From: Bacteroidia bacterium
GTDB taxonomy: Bacteria > Bacteroidota > Bacteroidia > Bacteroidales > VadinHA17
Assembly (NCBI GenBank): GCA_026391215.1
Contig: JAPLDX010000133.1
Coordinates: 1-60,740, forward strand
Direction: 5' to 3'
Length of the DNA stretch: 60,740 nucleotides
Within the stretch, counting starts at the first letter, position 1, and every line of letters starts with the position of its first letter. The notes under the pieces are model-generated. The model ran no database searches and was not told the origin of the DNA. It saw only the letters and a program-made list of their open reading frames with translations. Both the position numbers and the translations under genes were made by a program. Below, piece by piece: positions 29,471-37,119 of this stretch.

Positions 29471-30076
29471 ATGACACAATTAAAACCGTTTTCAGGATTC
29501 GAAGCCCAAATGTCAGGAGCCTTTGGCGACTTTTATATTGGCCACGCAGCTGCAGTTACCACAAAAAAGTTTTCTCATATCGTTGTAGGAGAGAGCGGAG
29601 CGACTTTAACTGATGTTAAGATACGGGGTGTTTCTGTTAAAGCCGCCCGTGCTTATCCAAATGTAATGCCTGCGGGTTATCCGATGTGCGCCGGGGGCAA
29701 TGACTATTTCGATTCAATCGAATTATCTGCCGGCGACGCCCAGGGATTCTTCTTTGAAGAACCAGTAACCCCTGTCGCTTCCGCGGTAGCTGTTGAAAAT
29801 GGAGTTGCAGAAGCTGCCATGGCGCCTGTTATCACTTTCGACAACGCGGGCTTGAGCGGCAGTAAAGATATTCGCTACCGGCTAAAAGACAGTGATGGAG
29901 AGATAGTGAGCAGTGGAACGCGTACTATTTACTTTCTCAACGGGGAAGATGTGACAGTGATCATACCGGGACTAACATACCCCGAGACGATTGCCGAAGA
30001 TTATACTTTCGAAATAAACCTGGGCGACGGCGAAGCATGGGTGGCCGGTGCAGCATTTGATGTTACGGCGGAATAA
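29471..30076 (+). CDS. Putative capsid decoration/structural protein with an Ig-like C-terminal domain
   Basis: Directly after the MCP; two beta-rich halves joined by EEPVTP. ATG at 29471 is preferred over the GTG at 29438. Confidence 0.45.
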   Translation: MTQLKPFSGFEAQMSGAFGDFYIGHAAAVTTKKFSHIVVGESGATLTDVKIRGVSVKAARAYPNVMPAGYPMCAGGNDYFDSIELSAGDAQGFFFEEPVTPVASAVAVENGVAEAAMAPVITFDNAGLSGSKDIRYRLKDSDGEIVSSGTRTIYFLNGEDVTVIIPGLTYPETIAEDYTFEINLGDGEAWVAGAAFDVTAE

Positions 30077-30094
30077 TGCTTAACAATCATAAGA

Positions 30095-30233
30095 TGCAGG
30101 GGTTTTCATTCGTTTTTCAAGGGCGGACTTTTCCCCTGCAGCCTTGCTTTCTTAATGTTCATTTTGGAAGGGCTGTTCGGGGATCTTCAATGTATATCGT
30201 CTTCATTGATTTTCCCTGTAACAGCCTTCTTTT
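30095..30233 (+). other. Two tandem long RNA hairpins after the structural operon
   Basis: TGCAGGGG...CCCCTGCA (30095-30140) and GAAGGGCTGTT..TCAATG/CATTGA..AACAGCCTTC (30167-30229) followed by TTTT. Confidence 0.55.
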
Positions 30234-30250
30234 AAGATCAAAAATGAATT

Positions 30251-30478
30251 ATGATGAGTGAGTTACATGATAAAATAGTAATCGAGTTGACCCCATGGGA
30301 GGCCGAACAATTGAACAAGGGTTTAAAATACCTGGTTGATTGTCATATCTGCAATCCGGAGAATGTTAAAAGGATCCCGGATGAAAGTCTTAAAGCCGTT
30401 TCCTGGATAATTACTTTCCGGATCAACACACTGAATAAGGATCATTACATCGGAAAGACAAAAGTTCATACCCGGTAA
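30251..30478 (+). CDS. Hypothetical small protein
   Basis: 75-aa ORF with a CHIC motif, co-oriented in the replication module. Confidence 0.45.
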   Translation: MMSELHDKIVIELTPWEAEQLNKGLKYLVDCHICNPENVKRIPDESLKAVSWIITFRINTLNKDHYIGKTKVHTR

Positions 30479-30489
30479 TCATTCTAAGG

Positions 30490-30651
30490 ATGCTTGACAA
30501 GGTTAAAATAGCTGGGAAAGAGTATTATTCAATAGAGCTCTTTATGATCATTGCGGGCCTGAGGTCCCGGAGATCTGTTTATGCCTGGGTTGACCAGGGT
30601 AAGGCTGAAAAAAAGAAAATCGGAAGTAATTCATTCTTTGCAAAACTGTAA
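30490..30651 (+). CDS. Small HTH protein (AlpA/Xis-like), missed by the ORF track
   Basis: Manual translation: MLDKVKIAGKEYYSIELFMIIAGLRSRRSVYAWVDQGKAEKKKIGSNSFFAKL (53 aa), just upstream of Rep. Confidence 0.6.
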   Translation: MLDKVKIAGKEYYSIELFMIIAGLRSRRSVYAWVDQGKAEKKKIGSNSFFAKL

Positions 30652-30701
30652 TTTTTTTATTCCGTAAAAGCACAATGTGTGCAGTGTAAATTAATTAGTT
30701 A

Positions 30702-31595
30702 ATGAAGGATAGTAAAACATATAAATTTAATGGATTTGAACAGATAAAAGCCTTTTTCAGCTGGATAGCAAATAATCCGGATAAATTAAAATCCAGTCAT
30801 ATCAGCCTTTATTTCTACATTTTCAATCAGGCAAATATAGCCATGTGGAGATCATTCCCCTGCTCTCATATTGAAGCTATGAAAGCAGCCGGGATAGGGA
30901 ATAAAGGTACTTATTACAAGTGTCTGGACAATCTTCGAGAATGGAATTTAATTGAATATAAAAAGGGTTTAAACATTTATAAGTATCCATTAATAAATCT
31001 TATTTACTTGTCCGAAAATGGACAACTAAAAGAGGGTTACTTGTCCGAAAATGAACCTGACAAGTCCGAAAATGGACAACTAAAAGAAGGTTACTTGTCC
31101 GAAAATGGACAACTAAAAGGATGTAAAGTATCTAAAAATGAACACAATGAGCAAAACACATTAAAAAATGATTTTACACCTTCTTATAACAATAACAATA
31201 TAACAAAGAAGAATGTAACAAGTGACATTCTACCCTCCCCTGAAAATTTTTTAAATGATTCAGATTTAACTAAAGAAATAAATCCTGCTGAAATTCTTTA
31301 TGATGAAATAACACAATTTTTTCCGGAAGATCTCCGGCCCAAAACTCAAAAACAGAAATCCGCCTGGATCGACACCTTGGACAAACTTATGAGAATTGAC
31401 GGACATTCCGCGGAAGAGATTAAAAAAGTGATCAGGAAAACCAGGGAAAATGATTTTTGGAAATCAAATTTTCTCTCAGTATTGAAGCTCAGAAAAAAAA
31501 ATAAAGAGGAAATCTTTTATTACACTGTTTTTAAAAACATTAACAGTCCAGAACCTGAGCGAAGAATTAAAAAGGTGAACGATCTTTGGAAATAA
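30702..31595 (+). CDS. Phage-type replication initiator (wHTH N-terminus, replisome-organizer-like C-terminus)
   Basis: SSHISLYFYI..N...W, GIGNKGTYYKCLDNL..WNLI, internal repeats, C-terminal DKLMRIDG..DFWKSNFLSVLKLRKK. Confidence 0.75.
   Translation: MKDSKTYKFNGFEQIKAFFSWIANNPDKLKSSHISLYFYIFNQANIAMWRSFPCSHIEAMKAAGIGNKGTYYKCLDNLREWNLIEYKKGLNIYKYPLINLIYLSENGQLKEGYLSENEPDKSENGQLKEGYLSENGQLKGCKVSKNEHNEQNTLKNDFTPSYNNNNITKKNVTSDILPSPENFLNDSDLTKEINPAEILYDEITQFFPEDLRPKTQKQKSAWIDTLDKLMRIDGHSAEEIKKVIRKTRENDFWKSNFLSVLKLRKKNKEEIFYYTVFKNINSPEPERRIKKVNDLWK
31004..31145 (+). repeat. Iteron-like direct repeats (TTACTTGTCCGAAAATGGACAACTAAAAG) inside the rep gene; probable origin
   Basis: Copies at 31004, 31037 (partial), 31064 and 31091 plus a degenerate one near 31128. 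Full copies contain TTGTCC-N6-GGACAA. An AT-rich tract follows. Confidence 0.75.
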
Positions 31596-31632
31596 TTTAA
31601 AGTGTTAATTATTAATCAATTATAAAACAATC

Positions 31633-31884
31633 ATGGCAAAGAAAAAACAAATAGTGACAACAACCGATGAGATCGCATGTTTCATTGTCAACTTGCTGCA
31701 TGGCATTGCGCATGATTCCGGCAAGGTGATGCGGGTAAAGGGAATGAGATCCATAAAAAAAGCGTATGTAAAATTAATTGAAAGAGGTGCGCTCTCTACA
31801 GCCGTCGAAGAATACCAGGAGACCATGGCCCTTCAGTATGAATTAGATATCATGGCAAAATCAAAACAGGATGAACACCGATAA
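31633..31884 (+). CDS. Hypothetical protein
   Basis: 83-aa ORF overlapping the next recombinase gene. Confidence 0.5.
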   Translation: MAKKKQIVTTTDEIACFIVNLLHGIAHDSGKVMRVKGMRSIKKAYVKLIERGALSTAVEEYQETMALQYELDIMAKSKQDEHR

Positions 31885-32833
31885 ACCTATTCTGCAGCTG
31901 GTAGATGAATTCCTGGCAGATCTTGAAAAAGCTGAAGGGACAAGGAATCTTTACAGAAAGACCCTGCAGTACTGGATAACCTGGTCAACAAAAAACGATT
32001 GTGATATCAAGGACCTGACACGGGCCGATCTCATAAATTATAAAAGCTTCCTGACAAGATCCGGAAGGTCCGCGGCAACCGTGGATAGTTATGGAAGCGC
32101 AATAAGAAAGTTTCTTTCCTGGTTAGTTGAAATGGGGTATCTGACAAGAAATCCGGCTGAGGGATTACAATGGCAAAGGGACCGGCAAGGAACATTTATC
32201 AAGCAGGCATTGACACTGAAAGAGGTAGATAAACTATTGAAGGTCCATAACCAGAATACACCGGTAAGCAAGCGTAACTATGCTATGATCGATCTCATGA
32301 GTTTCACGGGGCTCAGGTGCATTGAAGTAACCAGGCTTAACATTGGCGATGTAAAGAGAGCTGCTAACCGCTGGCACCTTCAGGTATGGAGAAAAGGAAG
32401 CAAGGAAAGAGGCGGGACCATAAACGTACCTTATGACAGGATAAAACCGATTCGGGAATACTGGAAGTACAGATCAGGGACACTGTCAGATGATCAGCCG
32501 GTATTTGTCAATCATTCTCCCAGGAGCAATAACACCCGGCTGACACCGGCCTGCATATCAAGGATCATCAAAGGATCCCTGAGAAAGATCGGACTGGATT
32601 CTAACAGGTACACTGCTCACAGTCTCAGACATACAGCCGCTACACTTGCTTACTATGCCGGCAGTGAATACTTTGAGATAGGTCAAATGTTAGGACATTC
32701 AAGTCCGCGACAAACAGAACATTATATTCATGCGTTAGGAGTCGGGTCCACGCTCCAGGGTAGAGCAACTATGAAAATCAATGAATATGTTCAGAAACAC
32801 AAAAAGAACAGGCCAAAACGTAAACAATCCTGA
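31871..32833 (+). CDS. Second tyrosine recombinase (XerC/D-like, no arm-binding domain)
   Basis: SAM-like N-terminus, TGLRCIEV, RKGSK, HSLRH, LGHSS, TEHY. Confidence 0.9.
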   Translation: MNTDKPILQLVDEFLADLEKAEGTRNLYRKTLQYWITWSTKNDCDIKDLTRADLINYKSFLTRSGRSAATVDSYGSAIRKFLSWLVEMGYLTRNPAEGLQWQRDRQGTFIKQALTLKEVDKLLKVHNQNTPVSKRNYAMIDLMSFTGLRCIEVTRLNIGDVKRAANRWHLQVWRKGSKERGGTINVPYDRIKPIREYWKYRSGTLSDDQPVFVNHSPRSNNTRLTPACISRIIKGSLRKIGLDSNRYTAHSLRHTAATLAYYAGSEYFEIGQMLGHSSPRQTEHYIHALGVGSTLQGRATMKINEYVQKHKKNRPKRKQS

Positions 32834-32928
32834 TAGTTTTAAGTCTTAATGGTCATAATCCTATATGATTATTAGCATTGAAAGAAAATGAACGAGATGA
32901 GAAAAGTGATATCCCCGGCCGGAATATT

Positions 32929-33075
32929 GTCAAAACTCTATATCTGCCTGATAATCAGTCAAATTTCAGTCAGGGGTATAGGGGGGGGTAAATCTCACGG
33001 GCGAAAGTCGCTGAGACCGTTAGTCCCGTTAGTCCCGTCAATCGGTGCCGCTGTCAAAATTCAAGGTAGGGGTAT
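32929..33075 (+). other. cos-like packaging-site region
   Basis: G8 run followed by TAAATCTC...GACCG, flanked by direct repeats GTCAAATTTCAGTCAGGGGTAT (32958-32979) and GTCAAAATTCAAGGTAGGGGTAT (33053-33075). Confidence 0.5.
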
Positions 33076-33117
33076 TAACATTATATCAATCTAATTACTA
33101 AAACAACTATAGAAATC

Positions 33118-33534
33118 ATGAAACTAGAAATTCAAAAAACAGAAAAAAGAAAGATTACATTTGATTACAAGACAATCAAAATCTTTGAAGATGCCTGTAA
33201 AAAGCTGAGCATAGATCCTTTAAAACTTCCGGACCTGAACGGGATCCCGGAGGAATTTCACAAACCGATCATCGCCGGGTATAAGCTGATGATAGTTTAT
33301 AAAGCTATTAATAACGGATGGCGCCCGGACTGGAGCAACTGGAGCCAGTATAAATATTATCCCTGGTTCAGGGTCTCTTCGTCCGGGTTCGGTTTCGCGA
33401 ATTCGTATTACAACTACGATATCGCGATTGCGCACGTCGGTTTCCGCCTTTGCACTAACACTTCAGAAAAGGCACTGTATATAGGCGAACAGTTCAAGGA
33501 CCTTTACCAGGATTATTTCCTGTATTCAGAATAA
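33118..33534 (+). CDS. Phage protein resembling Bacteroidota DGR targets, with a C-terminal variable-region-like segment
   Basis: IKIFEDAC, PDWSNWSQYKYYPWF, SSGFGF.NSYYNYD....VGFRLC. Codons 33355-33462 include none ending in A. Confidence 0.65.
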   Translation: MKLEIQKTEKRKITFDYKTIKIFEDACKKLSIDPLKLPDLNGIPEEFHKPIIAGYKLMIVYKAINNGWRPDWSNWSQYKYYPWFRVSSSGFGFANSYYNYDIAIAHVGFRLCTNTSEKALYIGEQFKDLYQDYFLYSE

Positions 33535-33867
33535 ATAAAAGCCATGGGCGCAAAATTGCCCCGGTTGACCAGGACAAGGATCCCCGGGTTCAGGGAGCAA
33601 CTCCACTGGTAAGATCCTGAATCATCAGGCCCGGGAATCATATTTAACTCCCGCAGCTGGGGACACCGATCAGTATCCCGGAGCTGCAGGACAGTGATAT
33701 CATACCAGGAAAGGATCTCTGGCCAGCGGACCAGCGATCAGGCCGGTACCGGTTAACCAGGTCAGGATACTGAAGCTGATAAAAACAGCATAAAACTATT
33801 TTTTCCAAGAATTGTTGATAAATTTGCGCCTTCGTACTATCTTTGATTAAATAGTAAATACTGTCTT

Positions 33868-34257
33868 ATGCCGAAAAATCAAACAATATCCGGAGAATGG
33901 ATCAGCGGCAAAAATAAAATTGAATGCATTTTGCCTCTAATTATTTTTGAAGATGATAACAATATTATCGCTTTTTGCCCGGCTTTAGATATTAGCGGTT
34001 ATGGATCTACAGAAGCAGCGGCCGATGAGTCTTTTAAGGAAACCCTTTCTGAGTATTTCCGATATACAGTTAATAAAAAGACTCTTGCTGAAGATCTTCG
34101 TAAGCTTGGATGGACTATAAGGAAAAATCTGAAAAAAGAACCGATACCGCCAACAATGGAAAATCTTCTACAGAATAATGAAGATTTTAACAGGATCTTC
34201 AATACCTACGATTTTCAGAAAAGAAATACCACGATTAAAATCCCAGCCCTGGCTTAA
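33868..34257 (+). CDS. HicB-like antitoxin
   Basis: IAFCPALDISGYGSTEAAA..SFKETL partial RNase H fold; TAAATTTG promoter box at 33819. Confidence 0.7.
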   Translation: MPKNQTISGEWISGKNKIECILPLIIFEDDNNIIAFCPALDISGYGSTEAAADESFKETLSEYFRYTVNKKTLAEDLRKLGWTIRKNLKKEPIPPTMENLLQNNEDFNRIFNTYDFQKRNTTIKIPALA

Positions 34258-34496
34258 TGACTCCGTCCATTAAGAATGTCAGCGTAGAAGATTATAAATC
34301 CTTCCTTTCGCACCACGGATTAAAAAATATACGTACATCTAAGGGACACGAAGTATGGTGCGGGGCCAAACTTACCAGGCCTGTTATTTTTCAAACACAT
34401 ATTGATCCTATTCCTCTGTTCATTATCAAGAGCAATCTCAGGACAATGGGGCTCACATTAAATGATTTACGGGACTATTTAAATTCAAAAAATTAA
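34257..34496 (+). CDS. HicA-like mRNA interferase toxin
   Basis: 79 aa, FL..HG....RTSKGHEVW, PIPLFIIKSNLR; coupled to hicB through TAATG. Confidence 0.7.
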   Translation: MTPSIKNVSVEDYKSFLSHHGLKNIRTSKGHEVWCGAKLTRPVIFQTHIDPIPLFIIKSNLRTMGLTLNDLRDYLNSKN

Positions 34497-34522
34497 GAGT
34501 TATAAATGAAAGTCCTTACGGC

Positions 34523-35161
34523 TTACCGGGGTCCCTCTCCCACTTTAAATAGTAGTTCTTTTCTTAATTTCACTATTGTTTCAAGAGATTCAGTATATTC
34601 CGTCATATATAGGCGCACCTCTGTACGAAGTTTTCTTATTTCATTACAGGATCTAGTACATTCAATATTTGACTTTCTATCATTATGGAAACTTGAGTCA
34701 ATAAAACTGTAGTAACCTTTTTTTGTTATTATTAAGTGATCATCGATATTTATATCGAGCTTTTCTCCAATAATTCTGATTTGTTCCGTTACAACTTTAT
34801 CAGAATTGGAGGGTTCAGGGGATTCTGAAGGATGATTGTGAGCGACTATTATTGAGCTTGCCCGGCAAACAAGAGCACATGAGAATAAAAATTGATAATC
34901 AATTGTGGTAGAGTTAAGTTTTCCGGTAGAGATAACCCTGAATCCCAAGGCTTCAAGCTGAGCGTTTAAGAATAATGCACAAAATTGCTCCTGAATATTA
35001 ATAAGTGAATCATCCCACATTTTAAGAAAGATCCGATAAGCAATATCTGGGCTGGTAACTGAAATACAATCTTTTGGTTTTTTACAGTAATGTACTTTTA
35101 ATTCAGCAACAGACCAATCTTTTACCGAATTAACTTTTTCAATAAAAACTTTCCTTTTCAT
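34523..35161 (-). CDS. RadC-like JAB-domain protein
   Basis: EQFCALFLN, HNHPS..PS.SD, DDHLII. Confidence 0.88.
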   Translation of the reverse strand: MKRKVFIEKVNSVKDWSVAELKVHYCKKPKDCISVTSPDIAYRIFLKMWDDSLINIQEQFCALFLNAQLEALGFRVISTGKLNSTTIDYQFLFSCALVCRASSIIVAHNHPSESPEPSNSDKVVTEQIRIIGEKLDINIDDHLIITKKGYYSFIDSSFHNDRKSNIECTRSCNEIRKLRTEVRLYMTEYTESLETIVKLRKELLFKVGEGPR

Positions 35162-35337
35162 AATATAAAACTTATATTGGTATCCAACATAATTTATATA
35201 AAATGTACCTATTCTGTACCTTCAGTAGCGCAATTAACCATTAGATGCAAATCCTTACTTTCTGTATTGGAAAGTAACGATACTTTGCTCTGTTTTGCTT
35301 CTCTCTAAGGATTAGAATGTTTTTACTAAACATAGCT

Positions 35338-36069
35338 TCATTCAATAATTAGAGCCACCTGGTAGTAATTATTTACAGCTCCCATAAGCTTTGTTTTTAT
35401 GTAATATGAGTTGCAAAATATTTTATATGCGTAAAATTCATGGTTAGGCACATTAAATTCATCAAAAAACAAAACATCTCCCCTTTTAAGATAAGGACCT
35501 AAAGTTGTAAGAGCAAATAAGGTAGATGAAAACAAGTCGGCGTCCATATGTATCACTTTTCTTTTCCCATTTCTTAAATTGTGATTTAGAAGAAAATCCG
35601 GGACACTCTCCTGGAATAAACCTTTAATAAATTTTGCCCTGGAATCATTTACATTTGGAACATCAGCTATCATATCGCCTTTTTTAAAGGTTCCCCAATT
35701 TTCAGGAAGCCCTTCAAAAGTGTCAAATCCATAAAATCTGATTTCAGGATGTAAACAATTACTTATCCACCATTTAAAGGAGTACCCACCGCAAACACCA
35801 AATTCCAGAAAATCAAATGGTTCATTTCTTATATTCAACTTTTCAATGACATATTGGTAAAGAATATAACGTTTTGAATAATCTCTTTTTGCAGTGTAGA
35901 AATCATTAAGAATGTTGTTTTTATCCTGTTGTGCTATCCATTTTGAGAGAGAGATTGTATTGGATAAAAACAATAAAGGACCCTTCATCCATCCAAATAG
36001 AAAGTGAGGCTTTGATAACAGTACAAGTCCCTTAAAATAAGCATTTATCTTCTTTAGTAATTTTTTCAT
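35338..36069 (-). CDS. TylF/MycF-family O-methyltransferase
   Basis: LEFGV, YGFDTFEGLP, KGLFQES, HMDADLFSST, FDEF. Confidence 0.85.
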   Translation of the reverse strand: MKKLLKKINAYFKGLVLLSKPHFLFGWMKGPLLFLSNTISLSKWIAQQDKNNILNDFYTAKRDYSKRYILYQYVIEKLNIRNEPFDFLEFGVCGGYSFKWWISNCLHPEIRFYGFDTFEGLPENWGTFKKGDMIADVPNVNDSRAKFIKGLFQESVPDFLLNHNLRNGKRKVIHMDADLFSSTLFALTTLGPYLKRGDVLFFDEFNVPNHEFYAYKIFCNSYYIKTKLMGAVNNYYQVALIIE

Positions 36070-36233
36070 TCACTTGTTCAATGCCTGTTTTGGTCTCCTG
36101 ATATTTATGAGTATACAAATGAAATGAATTAGTTATTGATAATTATCAATAATTGCAAAATAATTACTGTAAATAATTGATAGTTACCAAGCAATGACCT
36201 ATAAAGACAAAAACCTCTGAATCATGGAACTCT

Positions 36234-36249
36234 TGGCACAAATTTTGGG
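36234..36249 (+). promoter_or_regulatory. Possible sigma54 -24/-12 promoter
   Basis: TGGCAC-N5-TTGG; a perfect 20-bp palindrome TTATTGATAATTATCAATAA lies upstream at 36133-36152. Confidence 0.4.
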
Positions 36250-36369
36250 GATTAATACCGACATAAAGTTCATTATTTGACAATATATATTCTTTACCCC
36301 ATGTTTTCAGTAATTTGCTAACTTTGTAGTAATTTGAAAATTTTGAAATACAAATTAATAGCCAGTGAG

Positions 36370-37077
36370 ATGAGAATAAGAGTATTTGTTTTAATTCTGT
36401 TATCTGTTTTGAGCATAAGCAGTTTAGAAGCTCAGAAGAAAAATTCCAAAATATTGATTACAGGAACAGTGGTTGACGCCTCTCAGAATCCTGTATCAAA
36501 TGCTATTGTGATGATTGACGGACAGAATACCAGTTCCATGACCGATGTAAATGGGATTTATAAAATAAAGGTTAAACCAACTGCAAAAATGATTGGAGTG
36601 GTTTCATTTGCCAGCGGAATGAAAGAAGAGGCTATAGATGGAAGAACTGTGATAAATTTTAGTTATGCTAAATCATCAGCTCAGCAGCAAGGGGACCAAA
36701 TCATTCCCCCGGGTGAACAGGGAGTCAATACAGGCTATGACGTTCAGAAAAGAAGTGACGCCACTTCGCCTGTAAGAACAATTGACGGTACAGATAAAAA
36801 ATATGCTTCTTACTCTTCAGTATATGAAATGATTTCCAGGGAAGTAAGCGGTGTCAGGGTTAGTGGGACAAGTATCATAATACAGGAATCCAAGGATTTC
36901 TTTGGTCAGGTTGAAGCTTTACTGGTTGTCGATGGAGTTCCAGTTAATGATTTCAGTGGCATCTCTCCATCAACAGTTGAATCAATAACGGTGCTTAAGG
37001 GTTCCTCTGCTGCAATCTATGGAACTAGAGGCTATGGTGGTGTAGTTGTGGTCACAACCAAGAAATCGAATCAGTAG
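36370..37077 (+). CDS. SusC-like N-terminal extension + TonB plug domain protein without a beta-barrel
   Basis: Signal peptide from ATG 36370, ITGTVVD..PVSNA, TDVNGIY, LLVVDGVP, ESITVLKGSSAAIYGTRG.GGVVVVTTK then stop. Confidence 0.8.
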   Translation: MRIRVFVLILLSVLSISSLEAQKKNSKILITGTVVDASQNPVSNAIVMIDGQNTSSMTDVNGIYKIKVKPTAKMIGVVSFASGMKEEAIDGRTVINFSYAKSSAQQQGDQIIPPGEQGVNTGYDVQKRSDATSPVRTIDGTDKKYASYSSVYEMISREVSGVRVSGTSIIIQESKDFFGQVEALLVVDGVPVNDFSGISPSTVESITVLKGSSAAIYGTRGYGGVVVVTTKKSNQ

Positions 37078-37119
37078 AAATTCCGGAAATAATATATCTT
37101 AGCCGTTTAAATCCTGCCT

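Larger units (their letters stand above)
19647..35230. mobile_element. Integrated phage-satellite-like element (~15.5 kb); right boundary approximate
   Basis: att-like fragment, integrase, Xis-like HTH, partial virion genes, Rep with iterons, second recombinase, cos-like site, TA pair and radC. Confidence 0.8.

Noticed and set aside
30076-30261. 61-aa ORF
   Set aside because: It coincides with the two hairpins and has unnatural composition.
31004-31145. CRISPR array
   Set aside because: The repeats are nearly contiguous, in frame inside a gene, have no unique spacers and there are no cas genes.
32888-33094. 68-aa ORF
   Set aside because: It runs across the G-run and repeats of the cos-like site and is probably incidental.
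33118-33860. Complete DGR cassette
   Set aside because: No RT, Avd or template repeat seen in the window; only a VR-like target.
33844-33860. TGATTAAATAGTAAATA upstream of hicB as a repressor box
   Set aside because: Two mismatches in the right half-site in AT-rich DNA; could be chance.
19647-35230. Complete inducible prophage
   Set aside because: No terminase, portal, connectors, tail tube, lysis or repressor genes recognised, and it is too small.
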